In this document: piece after piece, positions 15,537 to 30,911 of the stretch
Position numbering within the stretch: position 1 is the stretch's first letter
Layout of the letters: every line of letters starts with the position of its first letter
Assembly: GCF_009914755.1 (NCBI RefSeq)
Contig: NC_060933.1
Direction: 5' to 3' (one strand)
DNA: 64,000 nucleotides
Origin: the human T2T-CHM13v2.0 reference genome, Homo sapiens
Notes under the pieces: generated by a model
Seen by the model: only the letters and a program-made list of their open reading frames with translations
Told to the model about the DNA's origin: nothing
Databases searched by the model: none
Position numbers and translations under genes: made by a program

Positions 15537-16679
15537 TCAAAACCCTGACTCTGCCATTTTCAAATGATCTGACTTTAGCTTTGTCCATAAACTTTAGCTT
15601 CTTCATCTGTAAAATGGGAGTAATAATGGTATATTACTGTCAAGTAATGTACTGTCAAGATCATTACACAAGATAATGCATGCAAAGTATGTAGTTCAGT
15701 ATCTAGCACATAGCACTCAATGAACATTAGCTGAGTCATGATTGGTATTTTTATTTCTGTAATTGATAGACTTTGAGCTTCTCAGGAACTATGTTTTATT
15801 CCCCTTTGTTTTGCAATCACTAAGAATAGCGCTTACTCTACAAACATGTATTCAGTGGTTATAATATGCTGAATACAGGGTATATTGGGAATTATAGAGA
15901 TGCTTCCTGTTCTTAAAGAACTTGTAATTTGGTAGAGACATAGAAAGGGTACAAAGCTTTGCATTATTGTGTGATATGAGCTTGGATGGGGTTTCTGAGG
16001 AAGCACTCACATTTGAACTGTGATAGTCCCTCTAGCCTGGCCATACAGAGCAGTCTGGTAGTCAGGACCAGCCTGAGGAACATTATCTAGTTTCTACAGC
16101 AGTAACGGCAATATCCGTGAATTAGATGATCCTTGTTACCATGATGATGATGGTAAAAATGAATAGTTAAGAAATAGCCTTCATTTGGTAATATCAGCAA
16201 AGAAAGAGCATTATATGCAGCAGTTAATGCAAAATGTTGTTCTATAATGGTTTCTAATGATGTCCTTGTTCTGGGTAGTTACCAACCTAAAAAGTGCTAT
16301 GACTCAAGCTTACAGATGTCTACCACTGATGAAGATGAACTGGTGCCTTAAAACCCTGATAAGCAGCAGATTCCAGGATGGGGAATAAATTATCTGGAAT
16401 GTCATATAGCACCAACCAGTATCTGGAGATTTATGTTCCCAGAGAAATGCCCCCGGGACATGCACCCAAGATGGCACATGGGTGGATGTTTAGGAAACGT
16501 AGGCTGGTGACTTCCCCTGGGCCTCCTCCTTCCTTGCTTTTGGGACCTGACATTTGGGTGGCTTTTCTCTCAGTCCTTTTGCAAGAGGCAAATGCATGGT
16601 CAGTACCACCTCCATACCAAGTGGCATGTTGTCACCTCCCTCTTTCATGGTGACAGTCAGTACAGAGTCCTTCTAGTGG

Positions 16680-17135
16680 ATATTGACTGGTTCCAACTGC
16701 CCAGTGTATATTTCCCCATCCTAGTTTCCTTTTGTGGAACCACCCCTTGTCCAGTCTCAGTCCATGAAGTACGGGTGAAATGAACTTCAATGCCAAATCT
16801 AGGAGAAGGTTAATCAGTGTATTTTATTCCCTGATTGCAGTGATCGGTTCAGGGATGGACATGTGACCCACACCTGATCAATCAGCTCAATAAGCATCAG
16901 CCTTGGAACTTTTGTTGAAACTAGTATAAAAGAGAAGTTCTCTTTTCACAATACAACGTAAGGCTACCAAGTAGAGAAGGCCTGCCCAAGAGTGACTCTA
17001 TCACAGAGAACAGAAACTGATTCCTGGCTCAGCCATGCCTAAAACCAGCCTTCTATAGTCATAAAAACCATGCGATTCTTTTTCTTAAGTTGATTTCAAT
17101 TGGGTTTCTGTTACTTGTAATTAGTCTTGACTGAT
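16680..17135 (+). mobile_element. MLT1-family LTR
   Basis: gtgatcggttcagggatggacatgtgaccca...tgggtttctgttacttgtaa resembles older MLT1 LTRs. Confidence 0.6.
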
Positions 17136-20100
17136 ACAATTACCCCCACCTCTAGCCCTTGTCCACAAGCCAGTAATAAGAGATGTTCATATTTTGGGCA
17201 CCTCATTGCTGAGAGACTGCATTTGGAGTCTTGGAATGGCATGGAAAGATTGGAAGGAGCAATGCGGGATGTAAAACCTGATCTGATACCAAGGTTGAAT
17301 TATTGCCAGGAGCCAGAGGCCATGCTGCTCCCCTTCTTCCCCAAAGTATAAAGTAAAGGGCCTATACTGATAAAGCTCGAATTTTGTCCAAGTGGGATCT
17401 TTGACTCAGAAACTAATGACACAGATTAGACCTATTATCAAACCTGTAGGATTAATGCAGCTGGGAAACTTTGGCCAAGCACCTGGCCAAAGTTAAAGTG
17501 AAGAAAACTTATTCTAGAAGCTGGTCATAGCTTAAGATTAAGTCGTAGGGCCTCAAAGTCACATGCAGGTACAGAATGGGAAGGCTACATCTATGCAGCA
17601 GTGGCAAATTAGAAGGGATCAAACATTTGGAGATTCAGATTCTCTATGGTTTACTTATGGGGGTCACATTGACACATCACATGGCAGAAGCCTGGAAATG
17701 CTATTTGTGTTAACTATGCATTAATAAGTAGAAATAGATGATTGGGCTCTGGAACAAATTAACAGGTTGTTCAGGTAGAATTCTGCCAAAGTACATGGAT
17801 GATAGTAAGAAAGCCCTCCCTATAGATGTTGTGGGGGGTTTTGGAGCACAGCCTTCCAATGGTTGAAATGTTTTTCATACATAAACTTTTATAATAACAA
17901 GTCAATGACATCCCTTGCTGGAATATAAGCCTCACAGGGCAAGATTTTTGTCTCTCTTGTTCACTAAACAGCCTCTAGAACACTACCTGGCACATAGTAG
18001 GTGCTCAATAAACAATGGCTGAATGCCTGCAGACATGGATGTCACACACTGCACATGTGACCTGCAATGTCAGGCCACATTCTGTGAGTTACAGCTCCTC
18101 TATTTCACTGGGTGTCTATTTTCCTGTTTATGTCAAGACCTCAACAAGTATCATCATGACCTGTCAATATAGGGTGGCTCCTGTGAGAGCAAAAAACTGA
18201 CAGAGGGAAAAAATAGATTTTTTGGTTTTTGGTTTTTGGTAATTGCCAAGGTTAAAGCAATAGGTCTGGTCTTTGACAAAAGCTATAGAAAATCTCCCTC
18301 TAGATGCTGTTGTGTAAATCTCCATGGCAAACCAACAATACCCCATCTTGCATCCATGACAGACGTTGCCAATTAATCTTGATGTTTTTTCCCTCTGAGC
18401 CAAGATGTGACCTTGGAAACCTTCTCAAGACAAAACTCCTGAAAGCACACCAACCAACTGAAATTGACGCAAGAGAAGGGACCTTTCTCTCAGTCCCAGT
18501 AGAAATGGGAATGTGAGGTCTGGGGTGAAAGATCAGTGACATTCTTCTTTTCAGGAGCCTCCTCAAGCCCACATGGCCTGGCCAGTACCTGCCCTATACC
18601 ACCTCACAGTTGCCCAGGAACCAAAAAGGGTCAGAATAGGACATCCTACTTATTTCAGACACTGATACTTGTGACGAGGGACCATCCTGAGAGGGCTGTG
18701 GAATTCCCCCACATACATCCTGGACCTGAGGACCCTGCCCCCTGTGTATTTTAAAAGATAGCTTTAAAAATGGTGCTTTCCCAGAAAATCCTGGTCCTAG
18801 TTTTTTCCTTATGTGGGATCGTCAAAAGTGAAGGAGAGTGGAGATTTGGGAATAAACATCTGTGGAAAGCATATTATGTGGCAATCTCCATGCTGGGCAC
18901 ATTACATTGGCCATTGTGTTTCATCTTCTTACCAGTTCTGTAAGAAACGCATTGTCCTTGTTTTACAGCTGAGGAAACATGTGCCGAGGGGTGAAATGCC
19001 TTACCAAAGACCACACAGCTAATAAGGGGATAATGCCAGAACCATTCCATATATCCAAAAAATACTGAGTTCCTGCTATGTGCCAGTGGCAACTGGCAGT
19101 GAAGATACAATTACAAATAAAGCAGAAATGGGCACTACCCTCTGTCTGACCCTGAAGTCTATATGTATTCTGCTCTACCTCACATGGCCTTGCCAATGTA
19201 ATATTAGTGGCCACCTACCGCAGGCTTAAATGGAAGGCCCTGTGCTATGAGCTTTACATATATCACCTCATTTTAATCTTTACCATATTTTGACATGATA
19301 GGTCTAATGTTTCCCATTTTACATTTGAAGTAGGGAGGCTCAGAACACTTTAGGGTCCCTGTCAGGTAGCTCAGAGCCAGGAAGAACAAAATCAGGATGT
19401 CTATAAAAGCCTGGTGAGCTACAAATTCCCTTTCCTTGGTGCCTCTGAAGAAGGAGCCAACGTGGGATTGAGAGGAATCTCTCAATTATGAACAAATCTA
19501 GAAACAGTTCATTAGACATTGATTATTCTTGTCCCTATCAACATGAATAACTTGGCCTGAGCCGTTCAGATGAAGTACGAGTACACAGAACAGTTTAAAA
19601 GTTCAGAGGGTGGAGAGAGAAATTAGGTTCAAGTAAGAGGTATCAGGGGCAGGCACCTCCACCCCAAAGATTAAGACACTTGCCCTGTTGATTTCATCCT
19701 ATAATATGCAGGGAAAAGAAGTATTTATTTATTTAATATGCACACCATCTTGTCCCTAAAAAGTCAGAGAAATTTAAAATGGAACACCAATGTTTGATAT
19801 AATCAGAGTCATCCTTAAAAATATGGCAAAAAAGGATATTTCTTGAAGAATGCCCCTTCCTCTCCTGTCTGAAGAAATGTTTCAAAAGCTCAGTCCAAAT
19901 CACAAGCAATGGAATAAAGAGCTTAGTTGAGTATCTGACTACATTTATCCTATTTTTTTTATAGAAAGGATTTTCATCTAAAAATCCATCTTGAAAAGAT
20001 AACGAGACAAAGAGGATTTCTCCACCTCCTTTTGAAAATCTATACAGTTCGCCATGGAGGATTTAGAATGCCATTAGCACAGCTGCTGTGGCTTTACTGG

Positions 20101-21697
20101 GAGGACAAATTTGATTTAGATAACGCTGCCCTTTGGCCTTTTCCTGACACAACGTTTTCCTTGGCAAGACAACTGGAGATGCCTCCCTTTGCATGGCTAC
20201 ATCTTTCTAGAAGTTTCCTTATCTGAGGCTCTTTGATTGTGGTGGGTCCAGGTGGAGGTTTTCTCTGTGGAAACATGAGGCTCTTTCTATTGCTTTCAGT
20301 AGGTGACTGCCAATATCCTCTTATAATGGACAAGAAGAGCAAAGGTCGCTGAAAACCAGGCAAGCCCAACTTTCTAGAGTCAAAAGCACCATCTACTAGC
20401 ATCCCCTTTTACTTCTTTTGTGGCTTAAGTTTTTTCTCTTCACCTAACCCAAACACTAGGTAAGATGCTAACTGATAATGATATGGCGCAAAGGCAGCCA
20501 CTGGAAATTGGTGGGAGGCCTTGGTTTCTCCATCCATGAACAAAGGGAGTTGGGTTATTGATATTCTCTACAGTGCAACAGACACACAGCTTGGGAAGTC
20601 CAAGATGGCTTTAGGACACACAAGCAGGGCATTAAATGGCACTGAACTAGATAGTAAGGGATGACACTGTCAAGCTTCTTTCCATCTTCCTGACGCCATC
20701 AGAGAGAAAGTGTTAGTTTAAGCATACTATTCTTTTAACACTTCCTTAATGTTTGCTAAATTCCCTTTTTTAGGAAAGACTGAGCTCAAGCATCTGGTAG
20801 AATTTCACAACAATGTAGCGTTTTTCATTCTGTTTATTTTGTGGTTATCCTCTATTTATGTCAAATGATACTGATTTTCAACTTGTGACCCTAAATCTTT
20901 AAAAATAAATTAAGTTTCTAAAAAATGAGCCAATTTAACAAAAAATATTTAAGAGTAGAACAAAGGTTATAAACTAGTGAATGGGGGTATGTGGTTGACT
21001 GAAGTTTGGGAAATGCTGGATTAGATTATCTCTAAACTCCATCTATTCCTGATATTTTGTCACTCCACGATTCCAGGAAAAGGAGCAAAAGACTTGAATT
21101 TGCCCCAAACTGAATCATCTATCCCAGGAGCCAACTGTAGGCCACTTGTAGAACCTTAATCTTTTTATTCCTGGTAGAAAAGCAAACTAGCTCCCACTGC
21201 ATTAAATGGAATTCAGCCCCTACCTGGGGAAAAAAAGGGACCAATGATATAGCCTCCAACTCTTCAGGGCCATCTTGGCTTCTGGTCTATCTGCTATGTG
21301 CACACAGTTTCAGCTTTGAGCTATTCAGAACCCACTATTAAGCTCAATGTCTCATTTTTTAATCCAGTAAATTAGCAGGATGTCACAAATCTAGGTATGT
21401 TGTGTGTGTGTTGGGCAGGGGGGAGGTATGGGGGGAAGAGCGTCCTGGGGGAGAAGTGGGGAGAATTCAATTCCCTGTTACTTGGTTCCATGTTCTTCCT
21501 ATCCTATATATCTAGCTTTACCTGGAAACAAAAATTATTTATTTGAAGAGGGCTTCAAAATTCTAACCTTAGTATTTCATTATTTTGCATCAGGAATTAA
21601 TATCAGAAATATTTTATGCAAATCTTGCCTTGGAAGAATATATATCTAAACTAGCCTATTGTACACGCCAGTGGGTTTGCTGTCATGATTAGGAGAT

Positions 21698-22195
21698 CGA
21701 TTGCATTAACAGCCCCAATTTCTCTCCCCTCCCTGGATCCACACTGCTTTGTCATGTGATGTTAGAGTTTCTATCACTAAACAGGTGGGATCTCTTTCTT
21801 CACCTCTTGATTCTGAGTTTGGCCAAGTGGTTTGCTTTGGTGAATGGAATGTTAGCAAATGTGACCCACACAGAACCTTGGAAAAGCCCTTAATGTTTCT
21901 GTTTCCACTTTTTGGCTTCCGCCATTACCATAAGAGACATGCATGAGCTAGCCTGTTGGAGAATGAAACACAGGGAACCTTTGCTTCTAGGTGCTTGTTT
22001 TCTGAGCTGAGGCTGTTCTGGAGGAGGTGATAGCCCGCTGACCTCCTGGCAGGTGATTGAGCCCAGCCCAGACCAGAAGAACCATGCAGCCAACTCTCAG
22101 TCTTCTGAGCTCAATACGTGCTTATGGCGTTAAGTTCTGAATTCTAGGGTGGTTTTTCCTGTATCATTTTTGTGTTGATAGATACCTGATAAACA
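21698..22195 (+). mobile_element. MLT1-family LTR (G/H-like)
   Basis: ttgctttggtgaatggaatgttagcaaatgtgac...cagcccagaccagaagaacc...gatagatacctgata. Confidence 0.7.
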
Positions 22196-24086
22196 AGCTA
22201 AATTTCCCTTGCCCTGCTCACAGCTGGAAGAGGTAGCCCTACGTCCTTCAGGCTGACAAAGTCCTTTCCTCATTTCTTCACTTCTCCTTTCACCCAATTC
22301 AGGCTACAGATGATTGGAGCAGATTCCACCATTGACCAAGAAGGAGTGAGTTCATTGAATGGCCAGTGACTAATCAGACTCTTTGTGTTTAGAAATAAAA
22401 CAGAAGTGCAGAGACTTAAGTTAGATGATGGCATGTACTTAAAGAACATATAGAGCCTGACCTCACTGGGTCATGTAAAGCAAGCCATATGAGAGAGGGA
22501 TGGTGGAGGAAGGGAGAAAGGAAATGGGAGAGAGAGCAAGAGAAAAAGAGAGAAATGATTGATTGATTATTGATTGAGGCAGGAGAGAAGTATAGAGAAA
22601 AGCAGATGAGTGTGGTCATGTCTTCTGATTCTGACTTTACAAAACCACTTCTGGTTTTGTTCCCAGTCAGCTCACGCATGTCGTGCTCTGCTTCCTGTCT
22701 TTGAATGCCTCTGTGGTTTTCTCTTAGGCACTTACAGTCAGTCTTTATTGAACCTACTCTGTGTAGTTTTGTTTTCTTACAATCAACATTTTTCTCTGGT
22801 TGAGAACATAGTCGCTAAGACTTCAGAAGGAATCAGTTTCCTTGCCTAGTAGTTTCATCAGAGAAGGGAGGGGCTGTGAGAAGGGAGAGGGAAGCTCTGG
22901 GAAGGGTTAGAAGAATGGAAATAATTGTGTTTAACTCAGTTTTACTCAGGGCTTGCCTCATCATCATCATTACACCTTCCTTTTGATATTTGCATATACG
23001 AAATAGGATTAGATAAGTTCTTTCCTTCTTCAAACCAAAACAACAGAAAAATTTCAGAGAAAACATAAAATAAGTTACTCTTTCAGATTTTTATGTTGCT
23101 GTCCACCTACCTATAATTCATCACAACTCCCTGACACGCAACAATACACCTTTCTGAGCAATGAGGGCAGGAGGAGGCACCCCTTCCCCTGTAGGTGAAG
23201 GGAGCTGGAGTCCATTCTCATTGCCTTTACTGTGGAAGGTTTTCCCTGTGAGTCCACACTACCTCAGCCTACAGGCCACACACTAAGGAATATGCTTGTT
23301 GTTTCTGTTTAAAATGGAATTGTATTACTTTTCAGAAGCCCATGCATATTTAGGGTATTAGAGTATTCAAAGAGGGAAGAGCCAGGGCCCTCTTCAAGAG
23401 GGGCCTTCTTAGGAAAAGAACCAGCAACCTCATATCAGGGCTCTCTGTGCCTGGAAGGATCAGTCCAGTGAGCCAGACTGCATGTCTATGTGTAAATGCA
23501 CATCAGGGGACATGAGGCTACACCACCTCCAAAGAAATAATCTATGGCTCTTGTCGACTCCCATTGCATTGTGCCTGAGGGGTTATATGATATCTACAGA
23601 AATGATCAATGTGGCTCCTAATATTCAGGAATGCGTATATAAGCAAATAAGTTCCTGCTGACATTATTTACAAATCCCCTGGTAAGAGACAATGCAAGAA
23701 ACACATCTGTACTTACAGCTCACGGTTCAGGCTCGAATCTCTCTGATCTGCAGGCACTAATTCCTCTCTGTGCCCTCTGGATCCCAAGCTCTGTTTACTG
23801 TTAAAACTTGAGCTTTTCACGCTTCAAGTGATGCTCCTCAAACAACCAAGAATCCAGATAATAGGCAGTCCACATTCCGCTTAGAATCTAAGCAGCTGTT
23901 GGCTCTTGTGTTGGGACTATGTGTCCAAATGTATGCTGCATATGAACTGCTAGGAATATGATAAAATAGTTGGGTGACAGCACACCCTTGTATAGTGGGC
24001 TAACAACGTTATTCTTTCCCAGAGCAACATTGACACGTCAGTTAAAATACAACAAATAAACATTTTCATCTTGGCAGATTTATCTG

Positions 24087-24403
<317 letters not shown>

Positions 24404-24754
24404 TAAAAAATAATAAACTGAGATACCAATCAAGTGAATTGCGGTGGGGGCGGGGGCGGGCCAAGAGGGAAAGAATAGGCAAGGCACTTTGCTGTTCATC
24501 ATTTTTTAAATTATATTTTAAATAATCACATTATCCCACATTACTAAATCATTTTGTGAAGTCACTAGACACAAGGCACTAACCTTGGGTAGGTTCAGAT
24601 TGAGACTTAGATCTGGCATTTTGCCATCTATGTCCTATGGGTAAGTCCTTTGATGTGTCTGAGCCTCAGTGTCCTCATTTCTAAGCCTGACCTAATGATG
24701 ATAATAGAAATAGTGTTAATAACAGTGATGATGACACATTTCCAGCTTCCCTCA

Positions 24755-25270
24755 TCATTCATTCAACAGGTATTTATGGAGCCCCTATTGTGTACCAGGC
24801 ACTATTCTAAGTGCTCGGGATGCATCAGTGAGCGAAACATCAAAGATCCCTGCCCCTAGACTATCTATACTGGGAAAGGGATGGTGGTGGTGATAGTGGA
24901 TGGACAGAAAAGAAACAATAGCATAATAGATAAATAAGCTAAGCAGGCTGTCAGTAGGTGATAAATGCTGTGGGAGAAAGTACAGAATACAGGGTAGGAA
25001 GGATCAGGTGTGATGCGGGAAGCCCACGGGTGGTGGTGGTAAGCCACACTAAGAAGGCAAGATTTGAACAAAGACTCCAACCTCAGATGAGGGAGTTGGC
25101 TAAGTGGCTCTCTGGGGAAAGGATGCTCTAAGCACCAGGCACTGCTTAGAGCTACATCCTGTGAGCACAAGAAGGTCCCTGGTCTGGAGTAATGCCAGGG
25201 AGTAGCTGGAGAAGAGGAAAGAGCACCGAGAGGTGGGAGCAGGGAAAGCAGCATGTGGAGGCTTTGGAAG
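24755..25270 (-). mobile_element. L2 3' fragment
   Basis: cattcattcaacaggtatttatggagcccctattgtgtaccaggcac is the reverse of the L2 3' end. Confidence 0.75.
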
Positions 25271-28200
25271 GACCTCAGAGGATCAAATCAAGCTCCAAGG
25301 CAAGGAGATAAACTTATAACAGTAAGGCGTTATTATTTATTATAATCGTTTATTGGATTTATTAAAGAAACTGAGTAATTGCTCCTCATCCATTCCACCT
25401 CTGGCCTGATGGTTTCTTATCTACTAAGTAAACCCTCTCTTCATGATTTCTATTTTCCCCACCAGATCCTCAATGCCCTTACATGAAATAGGGAATGGCC
25501 CTGCTGTACCTAGTTGGGGGAGATCTGAAGGCAGCTGAATGTTGGTCCTGTGCAGTCTGCAACAGTGACTCTCAGACTCCTTTCTATGTCCACCTACTGT
25601 AAGAAATGGAGGGCGAAGGAAAATGCGTGCCAGGGAGGGCTCAGGTTTCCTCTCAATCCCACCCACATACACAGCTGCCCTGCCTTTATTGGCCAAACAG
25701 CAGTCTGCCAAGAGAAAGCTGATTTCTAATCTGGTTTGAGCAAAACCAACCTTTATAGGTAGATGAAAACCTCACAGTATGAGGTTTGGGAGAGGGAACA
25801 AGGTTCTTACTGACGACATCAGGGCAGAAACCCAGCTTTTCTCACTGCAGTTAAACTCCTTAGTGGTTGCTGCTTAGCTCACACTGTTTACTGCACCTGC
25901 TGTGTCAAAGAACAATAAGCTTGGATGCGGGAAAAATCCTTCTGTTCCTTAAGCACCTTAAACTTTTTCCAGGCAAGAAACCCAAACTGAAGCTATAGCC
26001 AGAGGTTAACCTGAACAATTTTCTAGACAGTTTCACTCAACAATGACACCCATCATAAAGTATGTAAAGAGAAAGGGTAGATTTAAATTCTCATTTTCAG
26101 TATTCATGAAGACAGGAGGGTTGCTACTTTCAAGGTGGCTTACAGATAATCTGTATTTTTCTTTTATGCCTGGAATTGTGCACATGCACATACACAGCAA
26201 AGATCAACTAAGTTGATAATATTCATTAGAGTATTTGAAAATTAGATGGCTTCACTTCGCCAACACATACACTCTCCAGAGTACAAACTGGTGACATGTC
26301 AAATCTAACCTACATTTTTTTTTAAATATGGCCATCACATTTTTAATAAGCGAATGCTTCATGCAGTGCCACTCTAAACAATGCTATGTGAACGGCATTT
26401 CCTTTGGCCAAGTTGGTCTGAATAGACCTGTGGGAAAATCCTAAAACTAAACCACAAGTCGTATAAAAATTGGCTAGTTTCTGGATCCTACATAGAAAGA
26501 AAACAAGTTGGGCTTTTTCCACTTATATCCCTTGTCGAATTGTGAAACAAAAACTGTTTGCTGGGCTCTGATAGGCCAGTATTCGTGGGGGTATTTACGG
26601 ACTTAGGGAGTTTATAAAAGAATGTTCTGTCTTCCTTTCTCTACATCTTGTGCAACTATTTAGTAAAAAGGGGACAGTTAATATTCACGCTTTGTGCTGC
26701 ATTCTCAATGATCATACAAATATACGCATACACACACAGGAGAGAGAGAAGAGAGAGATGAGAGAGAAAAAAAGACAGGAGAGTGGAGAGCTAAAAGAAA
26801 GCAATTGGGGTCAAGTCCAGCTTGAATACTAAGTTAAGCTAACAAGATATAAGGGAGTAGCCTCATGCCTGAATTGGATAAGTGAACTGGCTACAATAAA
26901 ATATATGTGTAAGATGCAATTCTACTTAAGGTGTCTAGTGGAATAAAAGTGATAATTGTTCACTGGGGCCACAATAGGACATTCCAACATGCACAGACAC
27001 AAGGCAAATGGCTGAGATTTTTTTATATGATCTTCAAATAGGGTTGACATGGATCTGATATAACAAATTTCAAGCCCAAGTACAGCAAGCATTTATAATT
27101 ATCTAGAAACAAATCTGGTTACAACCATCCTAGAGATGCACACATCAAATTCTATGCCAAGCACTTTCATATACAATATCTGATTGTTACAACAAACATT
27201 TTAAAAAAGGTATTAAGGTTATAGAGGCTGATCATTAAGACAAAATGGCATAAACCCTACAGAAAACACTTTAGAATTTCTGACCCATTCATTTGTTTTT
27301 CAAAATTTTTGTTTCACAGACACTTATTAAACAATTGCTATACCCCAGGCATTATTCTATATGCTTTGTAAATTTCAACTCATAAAGAATACAAAGTAGA
27401 TACTATTATTATGGCCATTTTACAGATGAGTAAATTGAAACACAAATAGGCAAGTAACTTGCACAATGACACACAGCTAGCAAGAGGCAAAGCCTGGATT
27501 CAAACTAGGATTCCATCATCTTAACCACTACCTTGTGCTATTTCTCAAGGTGTGAAAGCTATTTTAAAGGCAGGAGGATTTGCATGCCCAGATATCTGCA
27601 TTTAGACTTTCCTTGTGTTCCATCCTTTTGTCTGGGTCAGTGGCTGTCAACTGGTGACATCCATAAGTATTAATCTTTCCATGTTATAAAGACTTTTGAG
27701 GACAAGTATGGCTATAAAGTGAGTTTGGCTAACATGCTTGCTTTGGAACCACATCTATGTAGATAATACACTTAATGTAAATGGAAAACTTATCCCCATA
27801 AATATAATGAAAGAAACTAAGAAGCCCAGTCTTCATTTAACTATTGTCCAATAATTCCTTTGTAAATGAGTAAACTGATACTCTTTGGAAGGGACATAAC
27901 CAATTTCAGGCTAGGAAATATCATTTATATTGTGTTGGATGAGGTGATTCATTCCACAGCCTCAAAGACTCAATGTAAGCCATCTTCATGTCTTGTTTAT
28001 CCTGCATCTGTTTTTAATCCATGGAAACAGAGACTTCTCCATTTCACTAGACAGCATAGATGGACCCAAGAATAAGCAGTCTGTTTAGGCATAGCTATGT
28101 GCACCTACCTTGACTGATAGCTTTATTTAGCATAGTAGGGTTGGGTTTGCAGTAGAATGTCTGTTGAGAAGAGGTTAAAGACAAGCATAAAATGAGGCTT

Positions 28201-29044
28201 ATACAAGCAAAGAACAAAGCAAAATCTTGTTTTGCTGTATGTCATGAAGAATAGCCTATTATTTCACGTGACTAGGTGATTGAAGGAACTAGTTATATTG
28301 ACGGTTGCCATGGATATGCACTGCTCTAACTGGTCCCAGATTATAATAGGAACCAGAGACGATGAGTTTAGGAATAGCAGGCAAAGGGATCTGGCTTTAT
28401 CAACTGGTAGAAGTCTGTGTGTTAGCATCTGAGATCAATCAGGATGTTCACATCTGTCTAGTTTGTACTTAGTAAAACAAAAAAAGATGTTCACAATCAC
28501 GTTTATGGCTTTCAAAATCCAAGAGATGAATTTGCTCTCATAGAATACTAATAACAATGGCAGGTTTACAGGGCCAGCTGGGTAGAGCAGGGCCAACAAT
28601 ATCTTCCTTGCAGTGTTCTTTTCATTTAATTAATTGATATATGTATATTTATATAAATACAAAAATGTAAAAAATATTTAAAAATATATTTTTTTCATTG
28701 CTTCTGCCTTGCTTAGGTCTGTCTCCAGTCTAAGTTATGTTTCCATGGAATGGACTCCAACTGTTGATCCATGAGCAATAGTTCATGGGACTTGACTTCC
28801 TCTATTTTGATATTTAAAGCAATTAATTTAAGGTTACTTCCATTTTTGTGTGCACGTGTACATAAGTCTGAAATATTTAGTGCTCAAGATTGGCGTTGCT
28901 TTAGATTTTGGGACTCTGTATTTGTGTAGAATCTTCTTGCTGGGCAATCCATCGCTAGCCTAACTTAAGACATTGTACACATGTAAAAATAATGGAGCTG
29001 CATTAAAAAAATCTATAATTCAGATTTGGTTTTTTTTTTGCTAA

Positions 29045-29467
<423 letters not shown>

Positions 29468-30327
29468 TGAAAGGACCTTGGTGTGTATTAAGTAGATTGA
29501 ATATCGGGTTATTATGACACGACCTGTCAACTACTGGAGAAAGTAGATTCAGGTACCAAGTGTCCATTGAATGGCCACCGAATCATTTGAGATCAGGGAG
29601 AAGCTACTCAATTGCAAAGAAAATATAGGGCTTGATTCCACATATCTCCAGGATGGGAACACTTGCAATTATCTTTTATAGTCTATCTTCCAATCTTTCA
29701 CATTCTTTTTCTTTCCTTTTATTCCATTGTCTTTCATTTCCTTGCTTATTTTGGAAGAGATAATGAGGTACATTTTCTATTCCATCTGAATAACAGTATC
29801 AGTTATTTTGAGCTGGCCAGAAAATGTCTCCCTGATGTATCTTACCAAATGGAAGCCCGTAGCATCTGTTTGGAGGCTTGACAGGAAAAGTCTCTCCTTT
29901 CTAGACTAATGACCTGCAGCAAAAGCTTATCTCATTCCAAATTCTGCCATACCTACAGACACACAGGAGACAACACAGGACCCAGGCTCCGGAGCCGGCC
30001 AACATGGGTTCAAGTCTTAGCTCTGCCGTTTACTAGCTGTGTAACCTTTGGCAGGTCACACAAGCTCCCTGGGCCTCAGTTTCTTCAATTATGAATTAGG
30101 TAATAATTACAGCTACCTTAAGAGTGTTGTTGTAAAGATAAACGAGTTGTTGCTGATATGTGTAAAGGTTTTGCACAGCGCCTGCCACTCTGTAAATCCT
30201 GACCATTTCTGCTGGAGGCCCTGTACCTTGGAGGCTCAGAGTCCAGGTTTCTGAGCCGCCTGCCAGGGTTCTAAGTCCAACCCCGCGTCTCAAATAGTTG
30301 TACCTCTTAGGCAACTTACCAATTAAG

Positions 30328-30410
30328 TTAAATGTGAACCATATGCACTTTTTGAGAGTAGACCATTTTTGACTTACAAAAAAGGTAGTTTCATAGGGTT
30401 CCACAGAATA
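30328..30410. mobile_element. MADE2-like mariner MITE inserted in a MIR
   Basis: Roughly 80-bp imperfect palindrome: gaaccatatg...gaccatttttgacttacaaaaa...tttcatagggttc. Confidence 0.65.
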
Positions 30411-30911
30411 CATAGGTATATTCTCTGTGCCTCATTTTCCTTGCCCATTAAACATAGGGGCAACAATCCTATCTTGTAGGATTGTTGTGGGGATTAAATT
30501 AGTTAGTATTATTCACAACACATGTAGGACAGTGCTTGATATGTAGAAAGCACTATGTAAGTATTTGCTATTATTATTTTTATGACCCTCACATCTCTTT
30601 ACTACTTGACCACCTAAATTTTTCTCAATAATAGCCTGTTTATTGATCCTTCTCTTTGCTTCTGTCAGAGCAGAAAGAGGCTTCTGCTTTTTGTGTTGCC
30701 AGCAATGTCTCTCTGCCCCCTTGAAGCCTGATTGACTTTGTCCCCTTCTTTTTCTCCATGTCCATCTTGACTGTTGGACTGTTTGCATACTCACTAAGGA
30801 CACAGTGCTTTACATTAGCTGGCAGTGGTTCCCGGACGTCTTTGTCTTCTTTACATATTGACCCTGGAGTGTGAGGGCCCAGGAAAGATACAATATTTCT
30901 TCCCAGTTACT

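Noticed and set aside
25768-25788. Short hairpin AAACCTCA-cagta-TGAGGTTT
   Set aside because: An 8-bp stem is expected by chance in 64 kb and is too short for a pre-miRNA.
25811-25844. AG...GTAAG-bounded 34-nt segment (similar ones near 29846-29913 and 41600-41636)
   Set aside because: Frameshifting lengths and weak acceptors make them indistinguishable from background pseudo-exons.
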